NCBI GenBank assembly: GCA_051439425.1
Contig: JBFRWD010000127.1
Location: forward strand, 1-46,476
Direction: 5' to 3'
DNA from: Synechococcus sp.
GTDB taxonomy: Bacteria > Cyanobacteriota > Cyanobacteriia > Thermostichales > PCC-7336
Length of the DNA stretch: 46,476 bases
The position numbers and the translations under genes were made by a program. The notes below the pieces were generated by a model. The model had not been told where the DNA came from. It worked only from the letters and a program-made list of their open reading frames with translations, and ran no database searches. This document shows positions 1 to 8,872 of this stretch, in pieces (position 1 is the first letter of the stretch; every line of letters starts with the position of its first letter).

Positions 1-52
1 ACGTACATCCCCCACAGTTGTTCGAAGGTCACCAACGGGTATTACTACAATT

Positions 53-646
53 TCACGCAGCAATTGCATCAGCCGCTTTGATGGCTTTGATAAAGTTGTT
101 CAGGAGTGATTTGCCTGAGTTCGTCAAAATACTTTCGGGGTGGAACTGTACCCCTTGGAGGTGAGGATAGTCGCGGTGGCGCAGGCCCATGATGATGCCG
201 TCTTCAGTCCAGGCGGTTATTTCCAAACAGTCCGGCAGACTAGATTTTTCTACAATTAAACTGTGATAGCGAGTGGCCTCAAACGGATCGGATAAGCCTT
301 CAAACACGCCAACATTGTTGTGATAAATCGGTGAAGTTTTCCCATGCATCAACTCTGGTGCACCGATGACATTACCGCCAAACACCTGACCGATAGACTG
401 ATGCCCCAGACACACTCCCAAAATAGGAATCTCTGCTCCTAGGTCGCGAATAACGTCCAATGACACCCCTGCATCATCCGGTCTACCGGGACCGGGGGAA
501 ATGACAATTCCCTCAGGGCTTAGCTGGCGAATCTCGTCTAAGGTAATCCGATCGTTGCGGAACACCTGTACCTCTGCCCCCAATTCCCCCAGGTATTGCA
601 CCAGGTTGTAGGTAAAACTGTCGTAGTTATCGATAACCAGCAGCAT
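53..646 (-). CDS. trpG: Anthranilate/aminodeoxychorismate synthase component II (class I glutamine amidotransferase)
   Basis: [24 protein letters not shown] (catalytic Cys) and QFHPES (His-Glu) motifs. Confidence 0.93.
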   Translation of the reverse strand: MLLVIDNYDSFTYNLVQYLGELGAEVQVFRNDRITLDEIRQLSPEGIVISPGPGRPDDAGVSLDVIRDLGAEIPILGVCLGHQSIGQVFGGNVIGAPELMHGKTSPIYHNNVGVFEGLSDPFEATRYHSLIVEKSSLPDCLEITAWTEDGIIMGLRHRDYPHLQGVQFHPESILTNSGKSLLNNFIKAIKAADAIAA

Positions 647-719
647 AATTCGCCGTTCCGTTTCCAGATGCCTATTCTAACTGTCCGACCCAATTCAGGA
701 TGATCGAGGTTCGGGACGA

Positions 720-2828
720 TCAAGATTCGGGTTGAAGTTGTAATTCGGTCAACGGGCGGGAGTAAGAATCGACAACGGAGCCTTTGGTTTGGCTGACTGG
801 AGCAATCGGTTTGTATTGAATCGCAATCGCGCTAGCTTCTCGCTCCAGAAAGAAGACTTCATCTCCAGGTTGCCAGGTGGAGGAATGGGGAAATAGCTCG
901 AACCGATCGCGACGACGCAGGGCAATCGCCAGCAAATAGTCACTGCGAATGAATTCCGTCAGCTGATTGACCAATCGGCGATGGTTGTCAGCGCTAACGG
1001 AGGGTAAGGACTCACTCCGCGTTGAGCCGGAGTTTTTGGAGCTACTAGCCCCCGACTGCCGATCTGAAGAATCTGGGGTTGGGGTTGCCTCGCTCGTGGA
1101 GACTGCGCGACTGACAATCTGAGCCTGCCAGGTAGCTGCTTCACCCTCTTTGTTTTTCAACGGTAATTGAATGACCTTGATATGGATCGCTTCAGAATTG
1201 AGGAAATTGTTCCATTCGGCGATCGTCTTGCTGCCTCCGATGATGTCCTGCACTTCCACCGAAGGGTTTTCCTGGCCTTTTTTTAGAGCTGCCAATACGT
1301 GAGGCACGTCGTAAGTGCTGGTGGCCAGTTCGGAGATGGCCTGATTGACCTCGCTGTTCAACGTAATAGCCACAAGAGTTTCGGCATGTTCCACTCCGGC
1401 ATTAGCCAATACGACTGGATCTAAGGCATTGCCGTACACCACTTCTAATTCGGGCTCGGCATCAAATCCTTCCGTGCTCCCTTTGGACTCAGTTATCGTA
1501 GTGTTAGGAGCATTGACAGGTACCTGCTGGTGGGCGATCGCTGTTACCGACTGACCTGCTCCGTGCAGCAATTCAGCCAGCTGCAAAACAACACCATTGT
1601 TGCCGACAATAACGGTTGTTCCTCCCTCATTCAGACCCAGAAGTTTTGCGACCAGTCCGGCAGACAACCCCTGCAAAATGACAGTAGTGGCGATCGTCAG
1701 GAACACCAGGGCCTTAACCGCTTCACCCCCGGCAATCTCCCGCTCGGTTAGGACTAAGGCAAATAACGACGACACCGATGCCGCCACAATTCCGCGTGGA
1801 GCCATCCAAGCGGCAAACACTTTCTCTCGCCAGGTGAGTTCTCCTCCCCACGTACACAGCCAGATACTGAGGGGACGGACTAAAAACATCAGCACGGCTA
1901 CCGTGCCAAGAGCCCCCCACCCCAACAACAAGACAGACTGAAGGGATAAGTTCGCGGTCAGAAGAATGAATAAAACAGAGATGGCCAGGATAACTAACTG
2001 CCCCTGAAAGCGCCGCACTTGCCGCTCGCGAAATTCAGCCACCTGGCGAACGACAATACCGGCGGTCACCGCCGCCATTAACCCCGATTCATTCAGCAGT
2101 GACTGAGAGAGCGCGTAGATTCCCAGCGCTCCAGCCAGCACTACCGAGTTAATCAGCTCTTCTCCCAGTAGCTTCTGAGATCGCTTCAGCAACTGACCGA
2201 TACAAAATCCTCCGGCGGCACCGATCGCAGCTCCCACCGCCAGCGACCCCAACAGAGATACCGCTGCCACGAATAACTCTTCGGAATTGGGGGTGCCAGC
2301 TAACGCCAAGTTCAGCACCACCACCGCCAAAATGGCCCCAATCGGGTCAATCAGCACCCCTTCGCCTTCCAATAGAGTGCTGAGAGATTCGCTAACTCGA
2401 ACCCGCTTCAGAATAGGGTTAATCACCGTTGGGCCAGTGACCACCACTAGCGAACTATATATAAACGCAATTCTCCAGGGAAATTCGCCCAAGTAGTGAG
2501 CGGCTACTGCGCCCCCCATTAGGGTAATTGCGGCCCCCAAACTCACCAGTCGCCACAAACTTTTGGACACGCGACCGAGGGTTTGCAGGTTAAGGTTCAA
2601 TCCCCCTTCAAACAGGATAAGGGCGACAGAGAGGGCCACAATGACTTCAATGCCCACCCCAAGCGATTCAGGACTAACCCAACCCTCTACATCTGGCCCC
2701 AGCAGCACGCCGAAGACCAGCAGGAACACAATGCTGGGAATTTTGACAAGATTTGCCAGTACTTGAGCACCGATACCGGCGACTAGCACCAGTACCATCA
2801 TGCGGGTTAGGGTAAACGACTGCTCCAT
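720..2828 (-). CDS. NhaP-type cation:proton antiporter (CPA1) with C-terminal TrkA-N/RCK-like domain
   Basis: Long multi-TM hydrophobic N-terminal region with LFEGGL, TGPTV, EGEGVLIDPIG and PRGIVAAS; soluble tail with VYGNALDPVVLANAGVEHAETLVA (RCK-like). Confidence 0.9.
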   Translation of the reverse strand: MEQSFTLTRMMVLVLVAGIGAQVLANLVKIPSIVFLLVFGVLLGPDVEGWVSPESLGVGIEVIVALSVALILFEGGLNLNLQTLGRVSKSLWRLVSLGAAITLMGGAVAAHYLGEFPWRIAFIYSSLVVVTGPTVINPILKRVRVSESLSTLLEGEGVLIDPIGAILAVVVLNLALAGTPNSEELFVAAVSLLGSLAVGAAIGAAGGFCIGQLLKRSQKLLGEELINSVVLAGALGIYALSQSLLNESGLMAAVTAGIVVRQVAEFRERQVRRFQGQLVILAISVLFILLTANLSLQSVLLLGWGALGTVAVLMFLVRPLSIWLCTWGGELTWREKVFAAWMAPRGIVAASVSSLFALVLTEREIAGGEAVKALVFLTIATTVILQGLSAGLVAKLLGLNEGGTTVIVGNNGVVLQLAELLHGAGQSVTAIAHQQVPVNAPNTTITESKGSTEGFDAEPELEVVYGNALDPVVLANAGVEHAETLVAITLNSEVNQAISELATSTYDVPHVLAALKKGQENPSVEVQDIIGGSKTIAEWNNFLNSEAIHIKVIQLPLKNKEGEAATWQAQIVSRAVSTSEATPTPDSSDRQSGASSSKNSGSTRSESLPSVSADNHRRLVNQLTEFIRSDYLLAIALRRRDRFELFPHSSTWQPGDEVFFLEREASAIAIQYKPIAPVSQTKGSVVDSYSRPLTELQLQPES

Positions 2829-3186
2829 GGCACGGCTGCTCGCAAGCTAGCCCGTTCCTCCCCTTCAGGTCTACATCAGTCTAACGAAGTTGCTCGAATA
2901 GTACCCCTGGCTACCGATACTATCGCGTTTGCCAAGATATTCGCGATTCGCATGCGAGCCATCGCGCGATCGAGTAGTTATACTTGCGCTCTTTAGGATA
3001 GACCTCCCGCCCCATTGCACCGTTCTCTTCGAATGGCTTGGCAACTCGCTGAATATCATCACTTATCGCACATGTCCTTGCTGACCGGAATGTTCCTGCA
3101 GATAAGACTCATCCCCTCGATTGGCGATCGCGACTATGTTTCAATCATTCGAGATACTGCCATTAAGCGCGTCATGTGAGAGCGTC

Positions 3187-4131
3187 ATGCAAAAGTCCGA
3201 CCCAGTGCTGTCAATTGTGGTGCCGCTCTATAACGAAGCCGACAATCTGAAGATGCTATTTTCGCGGGTGGCGGAGGTTTGCGATCGCTTGCGGGTTACT
3301 TACGAAATCGTCTGCGTGGATGATGGTAGTCGTGACGATACAGTGCCATTGGTGTTGAAGCATCGCCGTCACAACTCCCGCATTAAATTAGTTGTTCTTT
3401 CCCGCAATTTTGGCAAAGAGATTGCCCTCTCTGCGGGTTTGGATGCCGCTACCGGTGCTGCCGTCGTACCTCTGGACGCTGACTTGCAAGATCCACCCGA
3501 GTTGATCGAAGCCTTGCTAGAACGCTGGAAAACTGGATATGACGTTGTGCTGGCAACGCGGCAAACCCGACATGGCGATCGCTGGTTTAAACAGTTTGCA
3601 GCCAAAGGGTTCTATCGCACGATTGGTCGCCTCAGCCCGTTATCCATCCCAGCCAATAGCGGTGACTTTCGCCTGATGGATCGCAAAGTGGTGGATGCAA
3701 TTAAGCAAATGCCAGAGCGATCGCGGTTTATGAAGGGGATGTTTGCCTGGGTGGGGTTTCGCACCAGTCAGGTCTATTACGATCGTCCGTCACGGTATCG
3801 TGGCGAAACCAGTTGGAGCACGTGGAAGCTGTGGAATTTAGCTGTAGATGGCATTGCATCCTTCAGCACTGTTCCTCTTAAGGTGTGGAGCTATTTGGGA
3901 GCGTTGGTGTCCTTTGTGGCATTTTTCTACGGAATATTATTGTTGGTTCGAACCTTGATTTTTGGGGTTGACGTCCCTGGATATGCTTCGACGATGGTAG
4001 CCATCTTATTCTTGGGCGGAATACAGCTGCTGAGTCTGGGGATTATGGGAGAGTACTTGGCACGAGTGTTTGAAGAGGTAAAGCAACGGCCGCTATATCT
4101 TATCCAGCAAGCATATGGGTTTGATGAATGA
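3187..4131 (+). CDS. GT2 polyprenol-phosphate glycosyltransferase (GtrB/CsbB-like)
   Basis: SIVVPLYNE, VDDGSRD, LSRNFGKEIALSAG, DADLQDPPE and GDFRLMDR motifs; two C-terminal TM helices; start uncertain (3121/3136/3187). Confidence 0.92.
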   Translation: MQKSDPVLSIVVPLYNEADNLKMLFSRVAEVCDRLRVTYEIVCVDDGSRDDTVPLVLKHRRHNSRIKLVVLSRNFGKEIALSAGLDAATGAAVVPLDADLQDPPELIEALLERWKTGYDVVLATRQTRHGDRWFKQFAAKGFYRTIGRLSPLSIPANSGDFRLMDRKVVDAIKQMPERSRFMKGMFAWVGFRTSQVYYDRPSRYRGETSWSTWKLWNLAVDGIASFSTVPLKVWSYLGALVSFVAFFYGILLLVRTLIFGVDVPGYASTMVAILFLGGIQLLSLGIMGEYLARVFEEVKQRPLYLIQQAYGFDE

Positions 4132-4209
4132 TGCTCCAGTTATGAACCTGATGGAAAGTGCCTTTAGAGCGAGCCAAATTAGTCCTTGCTCTTGGCCGTG
4201 TGAACGGTA

Positions 4210-6057
4210 ATGGGCGGGCGTATATCCAGTCGTGTCCGGAGCCCCTTTGCCAGAACTGTCATTACTGTTTTGTGGTGCGCAGGCATTGCTCTAGCTGCCA
4301 TTTATCCGATGGCGATCGCTGGCTATCCCATCACTCACTCCACCCATTTCAACCTTAGTTGGGTCTTTCAATTTCAGGCCCAAGTGGATGGCGGCCAGTG
4401 GTATCCTCGGTGGCTGGAATATTCCAATTACGGATTTGGCAATCCGACCTTTGCCTTCTACCCACCCCTTTGCATGGTGGCGACGTTGCCGTTCCACACC
4501 ATTGGGTTGGACATAGCATCCTCTTTAGTCGCCAGCATGGGGCTGGCAGTGTTGGTTTTTGTTGCCGGAATCTATCGATACGCTCGTACCTATTACCCCA
4601 CCTGGATTGCAGCGATCGCTGCCGGTGCTGCTGGCAGTACTCCCTACCTATATGTGGATATATATCAGCGAGGGGCGATTGCCGAAGTTTGGGGGATTGC
4701 AATCATTCCCTGGCTATTGTGGGGATCGCAAGTGGCGATCGCCCACATGTCATTAAAAATCAGCCCTCGGCCCATTGAATGGAACGTCGTTGCTGGTGTG
4801 GCGATCGCTTACGGATGTCTGATTCTGTCGCACCTGCCAACGTTGCTGATGGTGACGTGTCTGTGGGGGCTGTTGCCGTTTTTTGGCCCAAGGCATCTGA
4901 AGGTGGTTGCGGGCTTATTCTGTAGTGCACTGCTGGGGGGAGGCTGGACAGCGGCATATATCTTGCCCGTCCTGCTCGATCGCAGGCTAATTCAGGTAGA
5001 GTTGCTGACGGCGTTAGACGACTACCGCCCAGAAAATCGCCTCATGCTAGACGGCCTACTGTCCCTGCGCCCCCAACTCACTCACCATTGGTTCGATCGC
5101 AGTTTGCTCCCTCTCTGGTTGATTGCCGTCGTCCTAGTGGTGGGAGCATTGCTGGTTCGGACCTGGATGAGTCCCCAGTTTTACCAGGGCTCGTACGATC
5201 GCTCGCGGAATCCGGTTGGATATTGGTTACTCCTCAGTACAATTTCCTTGCTGATGACGACCGATGTCTTGGGCTGGTTATATCCAATCGTGCTCCCCCT
5301 ACAGACCATTCAGTTTTCCTGGCGGTGGATGACGGTTTTGTGTACGACAGGCCCCCTGTTATTGGGTTACCAGCTAGACGTAGCTCGACGATGCCTGCAG
5401 ACTCGGCAACGATTGTGCTCGGCCATCTCGTTCGCGTTTGTGCTGGCAATCTGCGCGACCAATTTTGCGTTGTCAGCCCAAGCACTCGAGCAAGCAACTT
5501 ACGATTCAGTCACAGTCTCCCAATTCATTCGACTAGCAGAAGCCAAAGTCTTTCCGAACGAACCCATCCAGCAGCCACAAGAATCGTTTTTACATTGGCA
5601 CTGGCTCCACCCCGACGGTTTGGGATTAGTAGATGTGCCGGAATATCGCCATCACTCAGCGTCTTTAGCAATGCCCCCAACCCGTCCTTATCCTCTACTG
5701 GAATGGCAAGAGCCAGACTTTACTCCCGGCACAGAGATAACGCTGTTGCGCTGGAGCTATGGTTTGCGCCATTTTCGCGCCACTGTCTCTGGAGAGGAGC
5801 CGCGCGAGATTGTACTGCGAACCTTTTTCTATCCCGGATGGGTGACCCAATTGGACAAGCGCCCTATCCAGGCAGGACCCAACCCAGAGGGGCAATTACA
5901 GCTATCCATACCTCCCGGTACCCATAACATCACGGTTCGCTATCGCGGGACGGTGGCCCATCGATTTGGACTATGGGTAAGTGGGTGCACAGTTGCAGGA
6001 CTGGCAATCGGTGGAGCTGTGGGGCGATCTCCCTCACGCAGAAGGGGAGTCCGTTGA
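4210..6057 (+). CDS. Polytopic membrane protein, GT-C-like ('PTPS-related'/YfhO-type) glycosyltransferase
   Basis: GQWYPRW...GFGNPTFAFYPP, RGAIAE, LSHLP, TIQFSWRW, and C-terminal FYPGW...IPPGTHNITVRY; directly downstream of the GT2 gene. Confidence 0.75.
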   Translation: MGGRISSRVRSPFARTVITVLWCAGIALAAIYPMAIAGYPITHSTHFNLSWVFQFQAQVDGGQWYPRWLEYSNYGFGNPTFAFYPPLCMVATLPFHTIGLDIASSLVASMGLAVLVFVAGIYRYARTYYPTWIAAIAAGAAGSTPYLYVDIYQRGAIAEVWGIAIIPWLLWGSQVAIAHMSLKISPRPIEWNVVAGVAIAYGCLILSHLPTLLMVTCLWGLLPFFGPRHLKVVAGLFCSALLGGGWTAAYILPVLLDRRLIQVELLTALDDYRPENRLMLDGLLSLRPQLTHHWFDRSLLPLWLIAVVLVVGALLVRTWMSPQFYQGSYDRSRNPVGYWLLLSTISLLMTTDVLGWLYPIVLPLQTIQFSWRWMTVLCTTGPLLLGYQLDVARRCLQTRQRLCSAISFAFVLAICATNFALSAQALEQATYDSVTVSQFIRLAEAKVFPNEPIQQPQESFLHWHWLHPDGLGLVDVPEYRHHSASLAMPPTRPYPLLEWQEPDFTPGTEITLLRWSYGLRHFRATVSGEEPREIVLRTFFYPGWVTQLDKRPIQAGPNPEGQLQLSIPPGTHNITVRYRGTVAHRFGLWVSGCTVAGLAIGGAVGRSPSRRRGVR

Positions 6058-6108
6058 ATTGGCATAGAATGAGGTAAACAATACCTGGACTTGATCGGAG
6101 AGTCGCAC

Positions 6109-6354
6109 ATGTCTGCGGAAACCCTCGAATTGACCCCCGAGAATGTGGAAAAAGTTTTAGATGAATTGCGCCCCTATCTGATTGCAGATGGTGGCAACGT
6201 TGAGCTGGTTGAATTAGACGGGCCAGTTGTCAAATTACGCCTAAACGGTGCCTGTGGTTCTTGCCCTAGCTCTACCTACACTCTAAAGATGGGTATCGAG
6301 CGCAAGCTACGCATGAGCATCCCCGACATCATCGAAGTCGAGCAAGTTGTGTAG
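6109..6354 (+). CDS. nfuA: NifU/Nfu-type Fe-S cluster scaffold protein
   Basis: [19 protein letters not shown] and GACGSCPSS (CxxC); GGAG Shine-Dalgarno before the ATG at 6109. Confidence 0.93.
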   Translation: MSAETLELTPENVEKVLDELRPYLIADGGNVELVELDGPVVKLRLNGACGSCPSSTYTLKMGIERKLRMSIPDIIEVEQVV

Positions 6355-6432
6355 AGCTCTCCCTCTGTATGCACATCCACATTGCTGTGACAGCAGTTTC
6401 TACTGACTAATTTTTTGTCGGTGCATACAAAC

Positions 6433-6472
6433 AGTCGCCAGGCATTCTCTTGAGGGAATGACTCTGGCGACT
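6433..6472. terminator. Hairpin between convergent nfu and gifA, probable intrinsic terminator
   Basis: AGTCGCCAG..CATTCTC ttga GGGAATG..CTGGCGACT followed by TTGT. Confidence 0.6.
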
Positions 6473-6569
6473 TTGTCGTCTGGAACAGTAGTGTTTTGGC
6501 CCCCTAAGTGAGGGGCATCACTATTTCTAGATCGACCCGCTCTTCTCAAGAGCGACATTGCCTAGAAAG

Positions 6570-6770
6570 CTAGCTCATCGCAGAACCGCTGCGAGCGTAG
6601 TCGTGGCGGAATGTAGGTTGAACTTTACCCTGAATATGACCCCAGTAATCTAGCTTGTCGGCAGAAAGACCAACGGTGCTTGCAGAGCGACTGAGTAGGG
6701 ATTGCTGACGGTTCTTGGTGCGAGTGCGCCCGAGTATCATCAATTGACGAGTTTTAGCAGCAACAGTCAT
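6570..6770 (-). CDS. gifA: Glutamine synthetase inactivating factor IF7
   Basis: 66 aa with KNRQQSLLSRSA and YWGHIQGKVQPTFRHDYARSGSAMS, matching the IF7 pattern; GAGG Shine-Dalgarno; NtcA box upstream. Confidence 0.9.
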   Translation of the reverse strand: MTVAAKTRQLMILGRTRTKNRQQSLLSRSASTVGLSADKLDYWGHIQGKVQPTFRHDYARSGSAMS

Positions 6771-6842
6771 TGGAGAACCTCTATTACCTGAAGTGAGAGT
6801 GCAACGTCCTTACACTCAGATCTTAACCCTAAAAATAAAAAA

Positions 6843-6856
6843 GTAGCAAGTGATAC
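6843..6856. promoter_or_regulatory. NtcA binding site GTA-N8-TAC in the gifA promoter (repressor position)
   Basis: GTAGCAAGTGATAC with A-rich flanks, 17 nt upstream of a minus-strand TAAGAT -10 box (6820-6825). Confidence 0.85.
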
Positions 6857-7272
6857 AAAACACGCCATCAGTTGTTATATTTTCCTTTTTTTCTGAGGTC
6901 CAATCTCACGGTCCAAGGGCATTACAGATAGCCTGCTCCCCTACGACCCAAACTTTCTAAAGCCTTTTGCTTTCGAGGGTTAGCCGCTAAAAGTCGGTCG
7001 CCCATATCGCTCACCAAGAATTTTTCGAAAGCGGTTCTAGACCAACATACACTTCACATAAATTAACTTAATGATTGCGTTGACATCTCTTTGAGTATTA
7101 GTCCTCCTAAGGATCGATCTGAATCGCGAGATCGATGCAAGTAGAGTCTTCGTGAGCGTTATTCTTAATTATCTAAAACAGCAAGCTTATAGGCAGAACA
7201 CGGCGGTTCTCTAGTGGCTAGGGGAGCGATTAGAAGATTTCCGTTGTTGCAATGGCGATCGCTCTGCAAACA

Positions 7273-7797
7273 TCAACGCAGTGCGTACAGCAGAATATTG
7301 CACGCGGCGAGAGCAAGGGTTCCTGTAACAGCTAGCCTGACCCAAAAGCTGCGGGGGTGTTCGGACGGAGGTGTCTCCCCAGGGACTGTTGCAGAGGATT
7401 TAGCCTTATTAGGCTTAAAACTACCAGCCGCAGTGCTACTGACGTAAGCCGAACGACTGCTTCCCAAACGGCTATTGAAGTTGGTCATGTTCACCTGCCA
7501 CTCTTCGTGCCTCTGCAGGCTGGGGGCGCTCCAAATTTGGGATAGATATCGAGCCTGTTGGCGAGTTTCTAGATCTCCACTGTTTGCCAGGGGGTTTAAA
7601 AGGGAAATAGCTGTCTCGGTTTCGCCGATCGCGTTCGTGGCAATCGCCTTCCACAACAGCAAGGAGTCCGTCTTCGGGTAGTATTCCAAAGCCGTGGCGA
7701 TCGCATCCAGTGCTTTCCGGTAGCGACCGCTTTCGTGGAGTGCCTGAATACCTTCGAGATATGTATTGAGGCTGGTGGGGGTCGAAGGGGTACTCAC
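7273..7797 (-). CDS. TPR-like protein with a C-terminal membrane anchor
   Basis: Helical repeat pattern (GRYRKALDAIATALEYYP; LWKAIATNAIGETETAISLL) and a hydrophobic C-terminus. Confidence 0.65.
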   Translation of the reverse strand: MSTPSTPTSLNTYLEGIQALHESGRYRKALDAIATALEYYPKTDSLLLWKAIATNAIGETETAISLLNPLANSGDLETRQQARYLSQIWSAPSLQRHEEWQVNMTNFNSRLGSSRSAYVSSTAAGSFKPNKAKSSATVPGETPPSEHPRSFWVRLAVTGTLALAACNILLYALR

Positions 7798-8080
7798 AGT
7801 CGGATTCCTACACTCACGATCCGTTGTAACACTGCTTATGCAAACACCCAGGCCAGCATTTCTCAGACCAACATTACTCAGTCGTTCATTCAGACTGACG
7901 CTCCTTACGCAAACTTATTCTGACTGGTTTCACTCAAACTGGATTCCCATTCACCAGATTTGCGACACGAGATCGCACAACCACTAATAAACTTGAACGA
8001 TTCCTGACAGAGATGGAACGACAGAACAAGCCCGAGTCTTCCAGAGGTATTCTTAAAACACTAGGAACTCCATCTCTGCA

Positions 8081-8872
8081 ATGTGCCGCATTTTTGGCTA
8101 TTTGGGTCAACCTATCCAGCTCGAACGCTTAGTGGTTAAGCCCGACCATTCCTTGATCGTGCAGAGCTATCAACCGAAAGAACTCCGAAATGCTTTGTTG
8201 AATGCCGATGGTTTTGGCATTGGCTGGTATCACGCCACTCAAGCGGAGGCGCTACCGTTCACGTACAAAAACGTCCTGCCCATTTGGAACGACACCAACC
8301 TGCCCCAACTCTGTCGTTACGTAGAAACCCACTGCACGATCGCCAATATTCGCAGCGCTACTCCGGGACTAGCGGTCGATTTAGGTAACACTCACCCTTT
8401 TACTCACGATCGCTTGTTATTTGTCCACAACGGCTTTATCGAAAACTTTCGCCATACCCTCTATCGCCCCATTCGCAATCGGCTGAGCGACAAGGCTTAC
8501 CAGTCCATCCACGGCACCACCGATTCCGAACATCTGTTTGCCTTACTCTTCGATCGCCTGGCTCAAACGCCGGGTATTTCTCTCACAGATGCACTGGCTG
8601 AAACCATCCAGATTGTGACTGAGCTGGCTACCCCTAAATCAATTCCCATCTATCTCAACATGATGGTGACGGATGGTCGCCAGATTGTCGTTAGTCGCTA
8701 TGCTCGCCAGGGCCCTGCCCCATCTCTTTATTGGCTGCGAGACGACCCGAGTTGGCCTCATTCTGTGGCGATCGCGTCCGAGCCGATGTTTGATGGCAAT
8801 TGGTTACCATGCAACGAAGCAAGCATCTTAACGGTGGACAGCGACCTTGAGATCGATATCCAATACCTGTGA
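8081..8872 (+). CDS. egtC: Ergothioneine biosynthesis amidohydrolase EgtC (class II GATase/Ntn)
   Basis: N-terminal MCR, NADGFGIGWY, RSATPG, HNG, GTTDSEH and ASEP motifs; next to egtB. Confidence 0.9.
   Translation: MCRIFGYLGQPIQLERLVVKPDHSLIVQSYQPKELRNALLNADGFGIGWYHATQAEALPFTYKNVLPIWNDTNLPQLCRYVETHCTIANIRSATPGLAVDLGNTHPFTHDRLLFVHNGFIENFRHTLYRPIRNRLSDKAYQSIHGTTDSEHLFALLFDRLAQTPGISLTDALAETIQIVTELATPKSIPIYLNMMVTDGRQIVVSRYARQGPAPSLYWLRDDPSWPHSVAIASEPMFDGNWLPCNEASILTVDSDLEIDIQYL

Noticed and set aside
5088..5927. 279-aa alternative-frame ORF
   Set aside because: Lies wholly inside the GT-C-like gene and has an Arg/Ser/Pro-rich off-frame composition.
6771..6815. Glutamine riboswitch in the gifA leader
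   Set aside because: The leader is only about 45 nt and lacks the glnA-motif consensus elements.
7846..7960. Possible CRISPR-like array
   Set aside because: Short, degenerate, directly adjacent 15-mers without unique spacers, and no cas genes.
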